DNA of 64,000 nucleotides from Yuukianura sp. NJ FZ-2021 (taxonomy: Eukaryota): positions 1,674,001 to 1,738,000 of the forward strand of contig CM102285.1 of NCBI GenBank assembly GCA_046563655.1, given 5' to 3'. A model generated the notes under the pieces. That model was not told where the DNA came from and did no database searches. It saw nothing but the letters and a program-made list of their open reading frames with translations. Each line of letters begins with the position of its first letter. The stretch's first letter is position 1. The position numbers and the translations under genes are program-made. Shown here one piece after another: positions 37,765 through 50,124 of the stretch.

Positions 37765-39943
37765 CTACGGAACGAGTTCGTATCCAACGCCGGTTGAGCG
37801 GATTGACTCGTCAAACTCATTTGCAATGTAGTCAACAAATTCCGTTGCACTTTTTTCTGTTGAACAAATCTTGCCGTTTACTCCCATCCAGTAACGAAAT
37901 GTCCCATTGTACGAAACAATATTCACCAACATTCCTGTGCAGAAACATAATTTGTTATAATATTTATACATGCTGAACGTGATATTTGATATGTAGTACA
38001 TTAAATGTTGTGCTATGCAGTTCACGCTGAATTGGTATATTATGTTATGTAGTTCACAAAGAAGAAAGCATCCGCCTGCTTACGCAGGTTGGATGGACAA
38101 GGTAATGTACTCCCGCGTAATAGAGTTTTTATAAGTAGGTTTAGATATAGAACCAATCAGGCTCTCAGAATCGGCCTCATCAGCCAATCGAAGCGTCAGA
38201 ATCGGCCTCCGTATATCACCATATATCCAGTGATGGCGGGAAACTAATTCACTCGACATTGCACCTAAGCTATACCATCGATCACCCCAGAACTCAAACT
38301 CCCACTCTTCCAAATCGCGGGGAGGGAGAGGGGGGAAGAGAAAGTTTTCATTAACAGTATTCCTTACCCTTTGTCTGTTCAACTAAGATGCTTTTTTCTT
38401 TGTGTAGTTCATGACAATGCACATTGCTCAAAACAAATATTACAAATTGTATTATATGTTCTGAAATCGGATGACACAACACATATAACTTGACCATTAC
38501 GATGCGGACTTATATAATTACATAATATTATATTATTATAATATTACATAATTATATATTTTTGACTACTACGTGGCGTGTATTTAATTTAATGTAATTA
38601 ATTTCATCGGTATTTTTGACTTACCATACAAACCACCGTTGAGAGCATACGCCATGTCCTCCACCACATTTCCACCAATAGAAAATGCTTTTGTAGGTCC
38701 AGGAAAAACGCTCACAGCCACCGTGTTAAGCCGCACAACTGGAAATATCCACCGCATTGGCAATGAACCAACAAATGCAGCCAACAGGAATCCAACTGCA
38801 GCCGACTTTGTTCGGCGCTCTGCATTTGCGTAGCGTTCGAGCAACTCAAGTCTTTCATGAGCAGTAGAAGTTCCGGTTGGCAATGATAATTCAAGAAAGA
38901 ACCTTAAGAAGTAGAACAAAAAGTCGTTTATAAAATTTCAACTTGAAACAGGATATTTTTGCTTACACTTTATTTGTGAGTTTCTTGGGGTGATTTGACG
39001 CCAAGATTGGCGTGATGCATTGCATTTCACTTGGAACTGACTTCCCTTCGTTTCGAAGTTTTCTTCGAATTGCCCCTGTGAGTAGCCCAATCATCGCAAT
39101 TGACACGGACACATTGAGTTTTGAACTCAACTGTTTGACTTGACCCAGGTCAAATGACCTTGACATTGGAAAGTATCTCACCCCAGTAAGATTGGAAGAA
39201 TCAAAAATCATCGGAGTTGCATCAAGTACGTTATAAATGGCATTGAAGTAAGAGGCGATGAAATAGAAGATGCGTCGGAAAAAATCCATACAGGAAGTTC
39301 GCGGTTGTTCCCGAAATTGAAGTCGCTGAGGCTCAGAGTCTGCTGTCCGCATCAAAGCGTCAAAAATTGCTTCACCATCACACAAACAGTGGTGAAATTT
39401 GAAGCAAATGAAGTGGCAATTTGAGTTATCGCCAAACTCCAAAAATGTCGCTTCCCACGGACTGGATTTTTCAGGAAGAGGAGTCTGGAGCATCCGCTCG
39501 AACTGCGCATGAGCGTCAGCCTCTTGGTCCAAAGTCACGTGATGAATGTGTTTGTCCATGTCGAATGACTCCTCCCACTTCCAGAAGGCGTATCCACCAA
39601 ACATAGTTGGATACTGCTGCAATTCAGGATAAACGAACTCACCCGAATCATTCCGAAGTAAAACACATTTTGTTCGGAATTTGTCTTTTACTAATTCAGA
39701 GTTCAATTTTCCAGAAAGTTTAAACCAAATTAAAACATTGAATGCTTGACTTGGTGGGCAAGATAAGAAAATTTGACTTTGCGGTGGTAAAATTTTGCAC
39801 AGCTTCTTTGAAAACATCGGTACAAGTTTTGCTAGAATTTGTCTGTAGAGCAAAACGGGCAGATTTAAAAAAATGAATAGAAGAAATCCAACACCTAAAA
39901 GAAATTTGAGGACAAATTTAACTATTGATTTGAAGAAATCCAT
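37765..39943 (-). CDS. W12: WS/DGAT-like O-acyltransferase, subfamily C, 474 aa (exons 39943-38967, 38902-38625, 37934-37765)
   Basis: Spliced frame open (977+278+170 nt). HHCLCDG. Confidence 0.88.
38057..38402. mobile_element. 346-bp non-autonomous DNA transposon in W12 intron 2
   Basis: TIR CAAAGAA(G/A)AAAGCATC with a perfect 9-bp direct repeat TGTAGTTCA at 38048-56 and 38403-11. Absent from paralogous introns. Confidence 0.8.
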
Positions 39944-40433
39944 TGTACGTTGATGGTCGTAGTGCGTAAGAGCTGCCAGCCAAAAAATTAAAAACTAAAA
40001 TCTGCTATAAAATTCTTCATTTTAAACCAATTTGAGGTAAATTTTTGTTCCTAGTTTGCAGGTCGGATTGAAATCTCTTTTACGTAATTATAATTCCAAC
40101 TTCAATTCACAAGAGCGTGGAATTTTGCCATGAAAGAAATCAAGATTTGAAAACCAGTTTCGCTATCCAACTTTAACTAACTATTCTCAGGAGTTTAGGA
40201 AATTAATCCCAACCAAGGTGTGCGTGCTCCTGATTCAGCAATTAATTTAAATAGAGTATTACATATGCATTGTTTTCTTCTACATACGAGGTAGAATTTA
40301 TATCGCATAATGTTTATGTTATCGTATGAGATAATGTACTATATCAATATCTACCAAATATATCTATATACCCAGCTGTACATATTAAATGTATAACATT
40401 TTTATGTTTGGATATTAGATTTTTTTTGTGTAA

Positions 40434-42145
40434 TTAGCATTTAATCAAAACCTGGTTATGATATAGTTCTTCTACAACGTCTATCTTATAGTCGGTGTTG
40501 TCGTCAATTTCCTCTGCAATGTAGTCAACAAATTCCGTTGCACTTTTTTCTGTTGCACAAATTTTGCCGTCTACTGCCATCCAGTAGCAAAATGTCCCAT
40601 TGTACGAAACAACAGTCGCAGTAATTCCTGTTGAAAAAAAATCGTTAGTTGCATACGTCGAATGTAGTGAAATTAGTATATCACATAAACTTGCACGCAC
40701 GTATATAAAAATGTAATATGTGTAAAAATGTATACGTATGCAAAAATATATTATGTATATATAGATATGATGTAAAATAAGTATATGGCTTAACTATTTT
40801 GTTAAGTTTCGTTTACCAGTAGAACTGCCGTTGGTAACAAAGGCCATGTCCTCTACAACGTTTCCGCCAATAGAAAACGCTTTTGTTGGCCCAGGAAAAA
40901 TACTGACATAAATTGTATTTTTCGGCAACATTGGAATCAACCAGCGATTCGGAAATGAACCAACAAATTCAGTCAATAGAAACCCGACTGCACACGAATT
41001 TGTTTTACGCTCTATTTGTACTTGGGCTTCCAGCAAATTCAAGCGCTCGGAAACACTTTCGGCTGCGATTGGCAAGGTCATGTCAAACAAAAACCTGAAA
41101 AAAAAACATAAATTGTTTTGTAATATTCCAAAACCAGCTTTTGTTTTTCATACAATTTGTTTGTAAGTCCTTTCGGGTGATTCGCGGCCCTAATGGTAGT
41201 AATGCAGCGCATTTGATCTGGAACTGATTTCCCCTCATTTTGAAGTTTCTTCCGAATTGCGCCTGTGAGTACCCCCATCATCACGCTAAACACGGACACA
41301 TTGAACTTTGACCTCAGCAATTTCGCTTGGCCCAGGTCAAATGACCTTGACATCGGAAAGTATCTTATACCAGCAAGATTTGAACCGTCGAAAATCATTG
41401 GCGCCGTGTCAGTTGCGCTGTAAGTGAAATTAAAATACGAACTGATGAAATAAAAAATGCGTCGAAAAAAACCGAAGCAAGAAGTTCTCGGTTGTTCCGG
41501 AAACTGGAGTCGATGTATTTCCGAATCCGCAGTACGCATCAGAACATCACAAATAGCCGCACCGTCACACAAAGTATGGTGAAATTTGAAACAAATAAAG
41601 TGACAATTTGCCTTCTCGCCAAATTCCAAAAATGTGAGTTCCCATGGACTGGATTTTTCTGGAAATGGAGTCTGGAGCATTCGCTCAAACTGCGCATGAG
41701 CGTCTGCCTCTTGGTCCAACGTCATGTGATGGATGTGTTTGTCCATGTCGAATGACTCATCCATCTTCCAGAAGGCGTATCCACCAAACATAGTTGGATA
41801 CTGCTGCAATTCGGGATAAACGAAGTCACCCGAGTCATTCCGAGCGAAAATGCACTTCGTTCGGAATCGCTCTTTTAATAAATCAGAGTCCAACTTTCCA
41901 GAAACTTTGAACCAAACTAAAACATTCAGTGCTGTACGCGGTTCGTAAGAAAAGAAAATTTGAGTTTGCGGTGATAAAATTTTAACCAACTTTTTCGAAA
42001 AACATGGTCCGAATTTTGCTAAAATTTGTCGGTAAACTAAGATTGGGGACGTCACGAAAATGAACAGAAGAAACGCGGTTCCTAGAATCGCTTTTGTAAT
42101 ACCAGTACGTAAGTTTCGTATTGACTTTCTAATGCACCTCGGCAT
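40434..42145 (-). CDS. W13: WS/DGAT-like O-acyltransferase, subfamily B, 487 aa (exons 42145-41154, 41094-40817, 40627-40434)
   Basis: Spliced frame open (992+278+194 nt). HHTLCDG. Confidence 0.88.
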
Positions 42146-42799
42146 GTTGCCTGAAATTTTTGTTAGGATTGTTGTCCAAAAATGCAAAATTTTAAACTGG
42201 TAAAACTAGTTACAATTTTCGCAGCTTTATTGGAGAATCCTGGATTCATTTGTTTTTAGTATTTACAAGTTGAAACTTTCATAACATGCCATTAACAAAG
42301 AATTTTGTGTTTCAAGGCGAGTAATCGTGTTGTTGCTTTTCCAATTATTTTTAAAGAGCCAATGCTAGAAGTACAAGCAGTCTAAATCAACAAGTAGTTT
42401 TTTATACTATTTGAATCTAGCATAAAAAATTGCCCTGAAAACAACTGTCAACATACGTCAGCGAAACAGTTTTTGTGAAATAGATCGTGTGAGTTTTAAT
42501 TGAATGGGAACTCGCAGTTGTGTTGTTGCTGATTAGTTTCGCGTTGTTTTGCGTTTTGTTGTAGTAGCATTTTTCACGCAAATTGGAATTTTTTGCGTAT
42601 TGGAAAATTTTAATGAGCCAACGCTTTTTGCATCAACAAATTATTTGTTATCCTCCCTGCACTGACGAACATTATTTCCCAATCTTAAAAGGAGTGGCTT
42701 TGAACCGCAGAAAATAAGATTTATTTTTGACATTTTTAAAAATTCTGAACTTTAATTATTAGAGAGTTTGTGTTAGAAATCATTTGTAGCATTTATACC

Positions 42800-43072
42800 A
42801 AGAAAGTGTAGAATTTACTATGAGAAGTGACGTCAGTTTCAATTTCAAAAAAATAGTTAGCACAAGGTTGATTCAAAAGCGGCGTCATAATGCTTATTGA
42901 TTTCTAGGGTTTGAAGGGATTTTTTTTCGACAAAATTTTGAAGAATTTCACCAATATTTTCTTTGTAAAGCAAAAACGGTGGGAAAAAAATAAACAGGCG
43001 AAACGGAATTCCAAAAATATATTTTGTAACACTTGTGTTTAAATTCACTGTTGAGTTTTTAATAAATCCCAT
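42800..43072 (-). pseudogene. R5: heavily decayed 5' fragment of exon 1
   Basis: ORF MGFIKNSTVNLNTSVTKYIFGIPFRLFIFFPPFLLYK resembles the family N-terminal hydrophobic segment. Confidence 0.55.
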
Positions 43073-43098
43073 CTGATCTTTGTAACAGTTTTTTTAAG

Positions 43099-43137
43099 TT
43101 GGTTGCCTGAGAAAAATGCGTTTTCTCAGGCAACCAA
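43099..43137. repeat. Perfect 17-bp hairpin
   Basis: TTGGTTGCCTGAGAAAA-ATGCG-TTTTCTCAGGCAACCAA. Confidence 0.9.
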
Positions 43138-43280
43138 AATGGCAAATGATATTTCTTAATTTTTGGGACTTTTCGTACATGTTTTTAGAACTTTTTTGGA
43201 ACTTTTTGGCCCAATTTTTAAGGACTTTTTAAGTGCTTAAAACGCCTTTTTTTGGAGCGTACTTTTCCGATCCTTGTTTA

Positions 43281-45362
43281 TCAACCTTGAGCAAAACCTT
43301 CCTTCGGAACCAGCTCATATCCAACACCCGTTGAAAGGATTGTTTCGTCAAGCTCATTTTCAATGTAGTCAACAAATTCTTGTGCACTTTTCTCTGTTGA
43401 ACAAATTTTGCCGTCTACTCCCATCCAGTAGCGAAATGTCCCATTGTACGAAACAATATTCACCAACATCCCTGTACAGAAATATATTTTGTTATATGAA
43501 TTATACATATGCTGAACGAACTATTTGATACGCAGTACTTCATGTGTTGTGTTATACGTATGCAGTTCATTACAATATACATTGTACAAAGCAAATATTA
43601 CAAATCCTATTACGTGTTATTATAGTTTGTCTCTTTTTAAAAGACACTTTTTACTTTGCTCGTTTTTTCGCTTCCAATGCGACGCTTATGGAAAAAATTC
43701 GGCTTTCAAAAAACACTTTTGCCATTTACTTTGTACACAAAATTTCAAAAAAGTGATAATTTCAATGTTAACGGTCCATAAGGTGACTGGAATAATTCCA
43801 GTCACCTTAAACAATTATTGTTTTCAGATTTGAAAAGTGTCTTCTAAAAAGAGACAAACTGTAACAATGATTTCACAACACTTTATACAAACGTATATTA
43901 TAATGTCTAATTATAATTATATACATACTAAATGTATAACTAAACTAATAAGATGCAAATTTATATAAATATATGAATATTAAGTGGCATCTGTTGAATT
44001 TAATTATTTCTATTTGTATTTTCTTGTTACCATAACAACCACCGTTGATAGCATACGCCATGTCCTCCACCACATTTCCACCAATGGAAAACGCCTTCGT
44101 AGGGCCAGGAAAAACGCTCACGATAACTTTGTTAAGCTCGAATACAGGAGGTATCCAACGCATTGGCAATGAACCAATGAATGCACCCAACAGGAATACA
44201 ATCACAGCCGATTGAGTTCTGCGCTCTGCATTTGCGTAGCCTTCAAGCAATGACAATCTTTCAGAAGCACTGGCTGTTCCGGTTGGCAAGGGTAACTGAA
44301 AGGTGTACCTTAAGAAGTGTAATAAAAAGTCTTTTATAAAATAACAACTTTTTCAAAACAATTGAAATAAGATATATTTGTATACACTCTATTTGTGAGT
44401 TTCTTGGGGTGGTTTGGCGTGGAAATCGGCGTGATGCATGTCATTTCCTGCGGAACTGACTTCCCTTCGCTTTGAAGTTTTCTTCGAATTGCTCCTGTGA
44501 GTAGCCCAATCATCGCAATGGACACGGACACATTGAGTTTTGAACTCAACTGTTTGACTTGACCCAGGTCAAATGACCTTGACATTGGAAAGTATCTCAC
44601 CCCAGTGAGATTGAAAGAATCAAAAATCATTGGAGTTACATCCAATAAGCTATAAGTGACATTGAAATAAGAGGCGATGAAATGTAACACAAGTCGGAAA
44701 AGTTCAAAACAGGAAGTTGGCGGTTGTTCACGAAGTTGAAGTTGTTGAGGCTTGGAGTCTGCTGCACGCATCAAAACATCAAAAATTGCCGCACCATCAC
44801 ACAAATAATGGTGAAACTTGAAACAAATGTAGTGACAATTTGAGTTATCGCCAAACTCCAAAAATGTCACTTCCCACGGACTCATTTTTTCTGGAAGAGG
44901 AGTCTGGAGCATCCGCTCGAACTGCGCCTGAGCGGCAGCCTCTTGGTCCAAAGTCACGTGATGAATGTGTTTGTCCATGTCGAATGACTCCTCCCACTTC
45001 CAGAAGGCGTATCCACCAAACATAGTTGGATACTGCTGGAATTCGGGATAAGCGAGCTCACCGGAATCATCCCGAGCGAAGATGCACTTTGTTCGGAATC
45101 GCTCTTTGACTAAATCAACGTCCAATTTTCCGGAAACTTTGAACCAAATGAGAATATTGAATGCAGTACGTGGTTCGCAAGAAAAGTAAATTTGACTTTC
45201 CGGGGGTAAAAGTTTGTACACCTTTTTTGAAAACCGGGGTACAACTTTTGCTAAAATTTTTCTGTAGAGCAAAACGGGCGAAGTTAACAAAATGAGTAGA
45301 AGAAATACAACACCTACAAGAAATTTTATGACCAATTTGACTATTGCTTTGAAGAAATCCAT
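43281..45362 (-). CDS. W14: WS/DGAT-like O-acyltransferase, subfamily C, 481 aa (exons 45362-44386, 44308-44031, 43471-43281)
   Basis: Spliced frame open (977+278+191 nt). HHYLCDG. The ancestral TAG has changed to AAG, adding KEGFAQG. Confidence 0.88.
43623..43861. mobile_element. 239-bp Tc1-type MITE in W14 intron 2
   Basis: TIR (C/T)AGTTTGTCTCTTTTTA(A/G)AAGACACTTTT, TA-flanked. Confidence 0.8.
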
Positions 45363-45559
45363 TTCACGCTGCAATTCTAGTGCACAGGAGCTACCACCTG
45401 ATATAATTGAAAACTGGAATTTACTGCAAAATTATGCATTTCCTTGAACCATTTCAGATGAAAATTTTCTAATTACTTCGTTTTACTCTAGTAGTTCGCA
45501 GTTTGTGCTGAAAATTTCCTCTACTTAGTTGCTATTCCAGTTTTATTTCACAAAAACAT

Positions 45560-45603
45560 GCAGTTTTGCATTTAAAGAAAACAAGATTTGAAAACAGGTT
45601 TCA
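45560..45603 (-). promoter_or_regulatory. Conserved upstream element of the array genes (representative copy)
   Basis: Plus-strand motif TTTTGCCTTGAAAGAAAACAAGATTTGAAAACAGGTTTCA lies ~160-240 bp upstream of the ATG. It recurs at ~15700, 19520, 27200, 33105, 34140, 40120 and 58390 despite divergent flanks. Function is inferred. Confidence 0.5.
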
Positions 45604-46717
45604 TTAGGTAGTTTTAATTTTTGTTAACCGAGGTGTGCTCCTGCCTTTGCAATTAAAAATAAGCGTATTAATTACAGTATTCGATATGTACTAATATATA
45701 CTTAACATGTTGTATGCATTTTATATAATATGAATACCTGTATAATATAATGTATACTATATATTACAAATACATACTAAGTGTATAATGTTTACATTTT
45801 AAATATTAGATATTTTTGTGTTATAATTTAAACCGTAGCAGGTTATATGGGCTAAACCAAAAATGGCTACCGTTTAAGGGCGGCATAGTGCGACTAATAT
45901 GCAGCAGAAAGTTTACATAGACAGTACCAAGAATGTGAATAATTCTTCTAGATTTCAAAATAATTTTGATGCTCGTTTCTGTATTTTCTTGACGTTTCCT
46001 AGAATAAAAAAACAAAAATAATACGCGGCCTGCAGGTCAAATTCAGGCGCCTGCAGAGCGTTGCAGGTTGAACAGACACGCTTACAATATTTTCAAATAG
46101 AAACCTGCACGCCATTTTAGCCTGCAAGGTTCCCTCGCAGCAGGTTTAGGCTCAAGCTACCACCACCTCTGCATCAGACATCACAAGAGTAAATTTTCAC
46201 ATTGTTATTTTTACGGGTACGTTAATTGCTAAGTGATTAACACTAACGCCCTAAGTTGAAACGGATGGCGGTGGTTGATTAACTAGGAAACATGCCATAA
46301 GTTATTAAAATGGATTGGTTCTAAAGGCGAATTGGTTCTAACCTAACCTAACTTTGTTTGCTTGTAATGTGTTAAAAGAAAGTTTTTTTTGGAAATAATC
46401 TTTACAAACATTTCCTTTAGAAGCGATTCATTTGATACAATTGCATGGAGCCGATTAATAACTCGGGGGTTAGGGTGACGAGTACAAATGGTACAGGAGG
46501 GCTTGCCTGCCGCATTTCAACCAGACATACTAAGGTGTAACCGGATGCATACCATAACACAGGAAGTTTATTTGTCATCATTTTGAAATTCAATCAACTT
46601 TAATTTAGATATAAATTAGTTATATCGTTTATTTAATTCCAGCGTGGTTGTTTGTTTTGTAAAGAAGATTCCAGTGACACTGTCTTGTCTATTGTTATAC
46701 ATACGAATTTTTAGAAC

Positions 46718-48754
46718 ATGGCTGGAAGACTGCCTGCATGTGTCATCGACGTTGGGACTGGGTGAAACATTCATTTATTCATCATCAGTTTAATTACTTT
46801 GATTTCCAATTACTTTGGGATGAGTAATTGAATGATCATCAACATAGATTTTGATAATCTAGGTATACCAAATTGGGATTTGCTGGAAACAAGGAACCAC
46901 AATTCATATTTCCATCGGCAATTGGAATTAAGGAAACTGCCAAGGTTGGTGATCAGAGTAGTCGACGATTGACGAAGGGCGTTGAAGATTTAGACTTCTA
47001 CATAGGCGATGAGGCTTTTGAGAATCCTGGATATGCTGTGAAGGTAATGCAATATGGAAATACCTGTACACTGTAGAACAATGGTAGAATAGGGAACATG
47101 CAATATGCAAGAGATTGGGTGATTTAGGTTTCTTGTGTTTTACAATTTTCAGTATCCTGTTCGTCATGGGCTTGTCGAAGACTGGGACTTGATGGAAAAG
47201 TATTTTGAGCAATGCATTTTCAAGTATTTGAGAGCTGAGCCCGAAGACCACCATTTTCTACTCACCGAACCACCGCTCAATACCCCAGAGAACAGAGAAT
47301 ATACTGCAGGTTAGTATGGTCAAGATCATACACAAAACTTCAACTTTGCTTTCCTGTAACCTTGTGCTAAGAATTAGGCATGATTCTAGTTCATGATTAA
47401 TGATTCAATGTGATGAATATCGTGTTTTCAATTTTTCAGAAATCATGTTTGAATCCTTCAATGTTCCTGGACTTTACATCGCAGTTCAAGCTGTTCTTGC
47501 TTTAGCTGCCTCTTGGGCTTCACGACCACTCGAAGAAAGAACTTTGACGGGAATCGTAATTGACAGTGGAGATGGTGTCACCCATGTCATTCCAGTAGTA
47601 AGTTTACTTTTAACCAAAAGTTGAAATTAAGTCATCCGTGATCCGTATTACGGAATCAGTAACGAATCACAACTTCGCACTCTCCATGTATCCATGTACT
47701 GATTAGGCAGAAGGCTACGTCATCGGAAGTTGTATCAAGCACATTCCCATTGCGGGGAGAAACATCACCTACTTCATCCAATCGCTGTTGAGAGAGCGTG
47801 AAATTGGAATTCCACCGGAACAATCACTGGAGACGGCCAAGGCAATCAAGGAGAAGTTTTGTTACATTTGCCCCGACATTGCAAAGGAATTTGCCAAATA
47901 CGATGCTGATCCATCAAAATGGATCAAGAGATATGAAGGCATGAACTCCGTGACAAGACAACAGTTTAGCGTGGACGTCGGCTATGAACGTTTCCTCGGG
48001 CCAGAGATTTTCTTCCACCCTGAAGTAAGTAAAAATTGAAACCTTAACTGGATCAGCTGTCTATCGGTGCATTAAATCCTTGTTATTTTTTATGATACAG
48101 TTTGCGAATCCAGACTTTGTGACACCAATTTCTGAAACAGTGGATACTGTGATACAAAACTGCCCGATTGACGTCCGGCGTCCACTTTATCAAAGCATTG
48201 TTCTCTCTGGCGGATCCACAATGTTTCGTGACTTCGGCAGACGACTTCAGCGGGACATCAAGCGAGTTGTCGACGGTCGCCTCAAATTGAGTGAAGAACT
48301 GAGTGGAGGAAGAATCAAGGTAACTAAAGTCATTCTGTTAATCTAACTAACCTAACAATCTAAGTTAGGATCGTTAGATTATCTAACCTAAACTTACTTC
48401 CTGTTCGGAGTTCGTCGGAACCTCCGGAAATATTCTATTCTGTTTAAGGTAGAAGATACACTTTGTGTATTTTTCATTTTTAGCCTAAACCAATGGACGT
48501 CAATGTCATCACGCATCATATGCAGCGGTATGCTGTGTGGTTTGGCGGAAGCATGTTAGCATCCACGGTAAGGAATCACGGATTACTCCAATTAACAACT
48601 AATTTCGAATCTTAATTTTTGAAAACCACAAATCAAAATTAATTTTCGATATTTCCAGCCCGAATTTTACAAAGTGTGCCATACGAAGCAAGCATATGAA
48701 GAATACGGTCCAAGTATTTGTCGTCACAATCCAGTCTTTGGTAACATGACGTGA
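46718..48754 (+). CDS. Arp3: Actin-related protein 3 (Arp2/3 complex), 418 aa; exons 46718-46761, 46863-47043, 47153-47309, 47440-47597, 47707-48024, 48101-48319, 48484-48567, 48659-48754
   Basis: [29 protein letters not shown]...[30 protein letters not shown]...[14 protein letters not shown]...[12 protein letters not shown]. All introns are GT-AG and the total is 1257 nt. Confidence 0.98.
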
Positions 48755-49032
48755 GTGAATGTAAAAAACGGAAGACCATAAGTGGTCAATTGTCCTTAGT
48801 TTAGTCAATTGGCATGCACAAATTACAGACGATTATAAATCAACAAACAAAACATCAAATCGAGTAAATAATTTTAATGCAACATTTTTCAATATTGCGA
48901 AGTACTAGATTTGCTTGCACTTTTTCCTGGTTACGCAACTCTTTCGTTGCATTGTACTACCCGCGAGGATGAGGTATTTTAGGTTATGTCGTAGCATTGA
49001 TTCGGATCAGATTCGCATCATGTGATGGATGA

Positions 49033-50124
49033 TTACTTCTTGCGATGTTTTCCCAGGAATGGGTTGTTGTCCAATTCGTAATCCAGACTAGCAAACGTGT
49101 GATTGACATCTCTGTGATTTGCTTCATCTGCGCGAATGCATAGGATAACGTCCTTGACAGTTGCGTCTTCTGGAAGTTTGTAGTACTTCCGAGCAATAAG
49201 TGGAGCTTGTTCCTGTTTCCATGGTAGCAGTTTCTGATTGGTTTCGATATCTTGAAGGAGCGTAGAGTAGGTCTTGACAGCCTCTTCCTCAAGGTATCCA
49301 ACGAAACGATGACAAGTTCTTGGAGTAAAGAGATAAGTTAGGAAGAATACGTTGAAGAAGATTCCTTGTGCTCCGATAACCATCAGACGAAAGAAGAGAT
49401 TTGGATCCTTCAAGGTCATGAAGATGAGTAAGTGCATTCGTTCGTTTTCAGCCTCTTCGAGTAACGTGTGTATCCAACCATGGTCTCTCTTCATGGACCG
49501 AAGAGACTTCAAATGTCGGGCCATTCCCGCCACCATTCCTAAACATCAACGAAGTTAATTCGTATAAGATCCAAACTTAACAAAAGTTAAACTTAACATG
49601 AATGTTTGCGTACCAGGAACTCCTGCGACGGTCTCGAGGAAAAGACACCGATTCAGCCAGTCATTTCGAGTCATTTCTCCTCCAGGTCCTCTGTAGCGTG
49701 AAACAAAGTCGAAGCCACTTCGCATCAGCTTTACAGCAAACAGGGCCAACCGGTCCTTGACCTTGGCTGGTTCATGATGTGTTTTCTGGATGTGAACGAG
49801 GTCATCTTTGGTGTAAATGGGATGAGGAACTGGGTTGTCCCAGTAGGATGTGGTCACCTTCTTGGTAATGTCTTCTCCGAGAGGATGTTTGGACGTGGAT
49901 AACTTGAAGTGGACATCTCCAGGTTCCTGTGTCGAGGTGCTTCCAGTTCCGGTACTGCCCGTGGTGGTTGAAGAGGAAGTGGTTTTGGAGTTGTGTCGAC
50001 ACTGATTCAATGATGGATTGTAATGAATATGTTTGTAAGCGATAGAAGCAACTGATGGAACGGGAAATGAAAGTCTGGAGAGCTGGTCGACAGATTGGCG
50101 CAGAATGAATACTGACAATGACAT
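49033..50124 (-). CDS. AOX: Mitochondrial alternative oxidase (di-iron ubiquinol oxidase), 338 aa; coding exons 50124-49614 and 49538-49033; probable 5'UTR intron 50349-50280
   Basis: All four iron-ligand motifs present: LETVAGVPG, EEAENERMH, GYLEEEA, RADEANH. The N-terminus is Ser/Arg-rich like a transit peptide, and the phase-1 GT-AG intron joins VPG-MVAGM. Confidence 0.97.

Noticed and set aside
38080-38382. 100-aa ORF nested in W12 intron 2
   Set aside because: Lies wholly within a 346-bp non-autonomous element, has a non-ATG start and shows no known motif.
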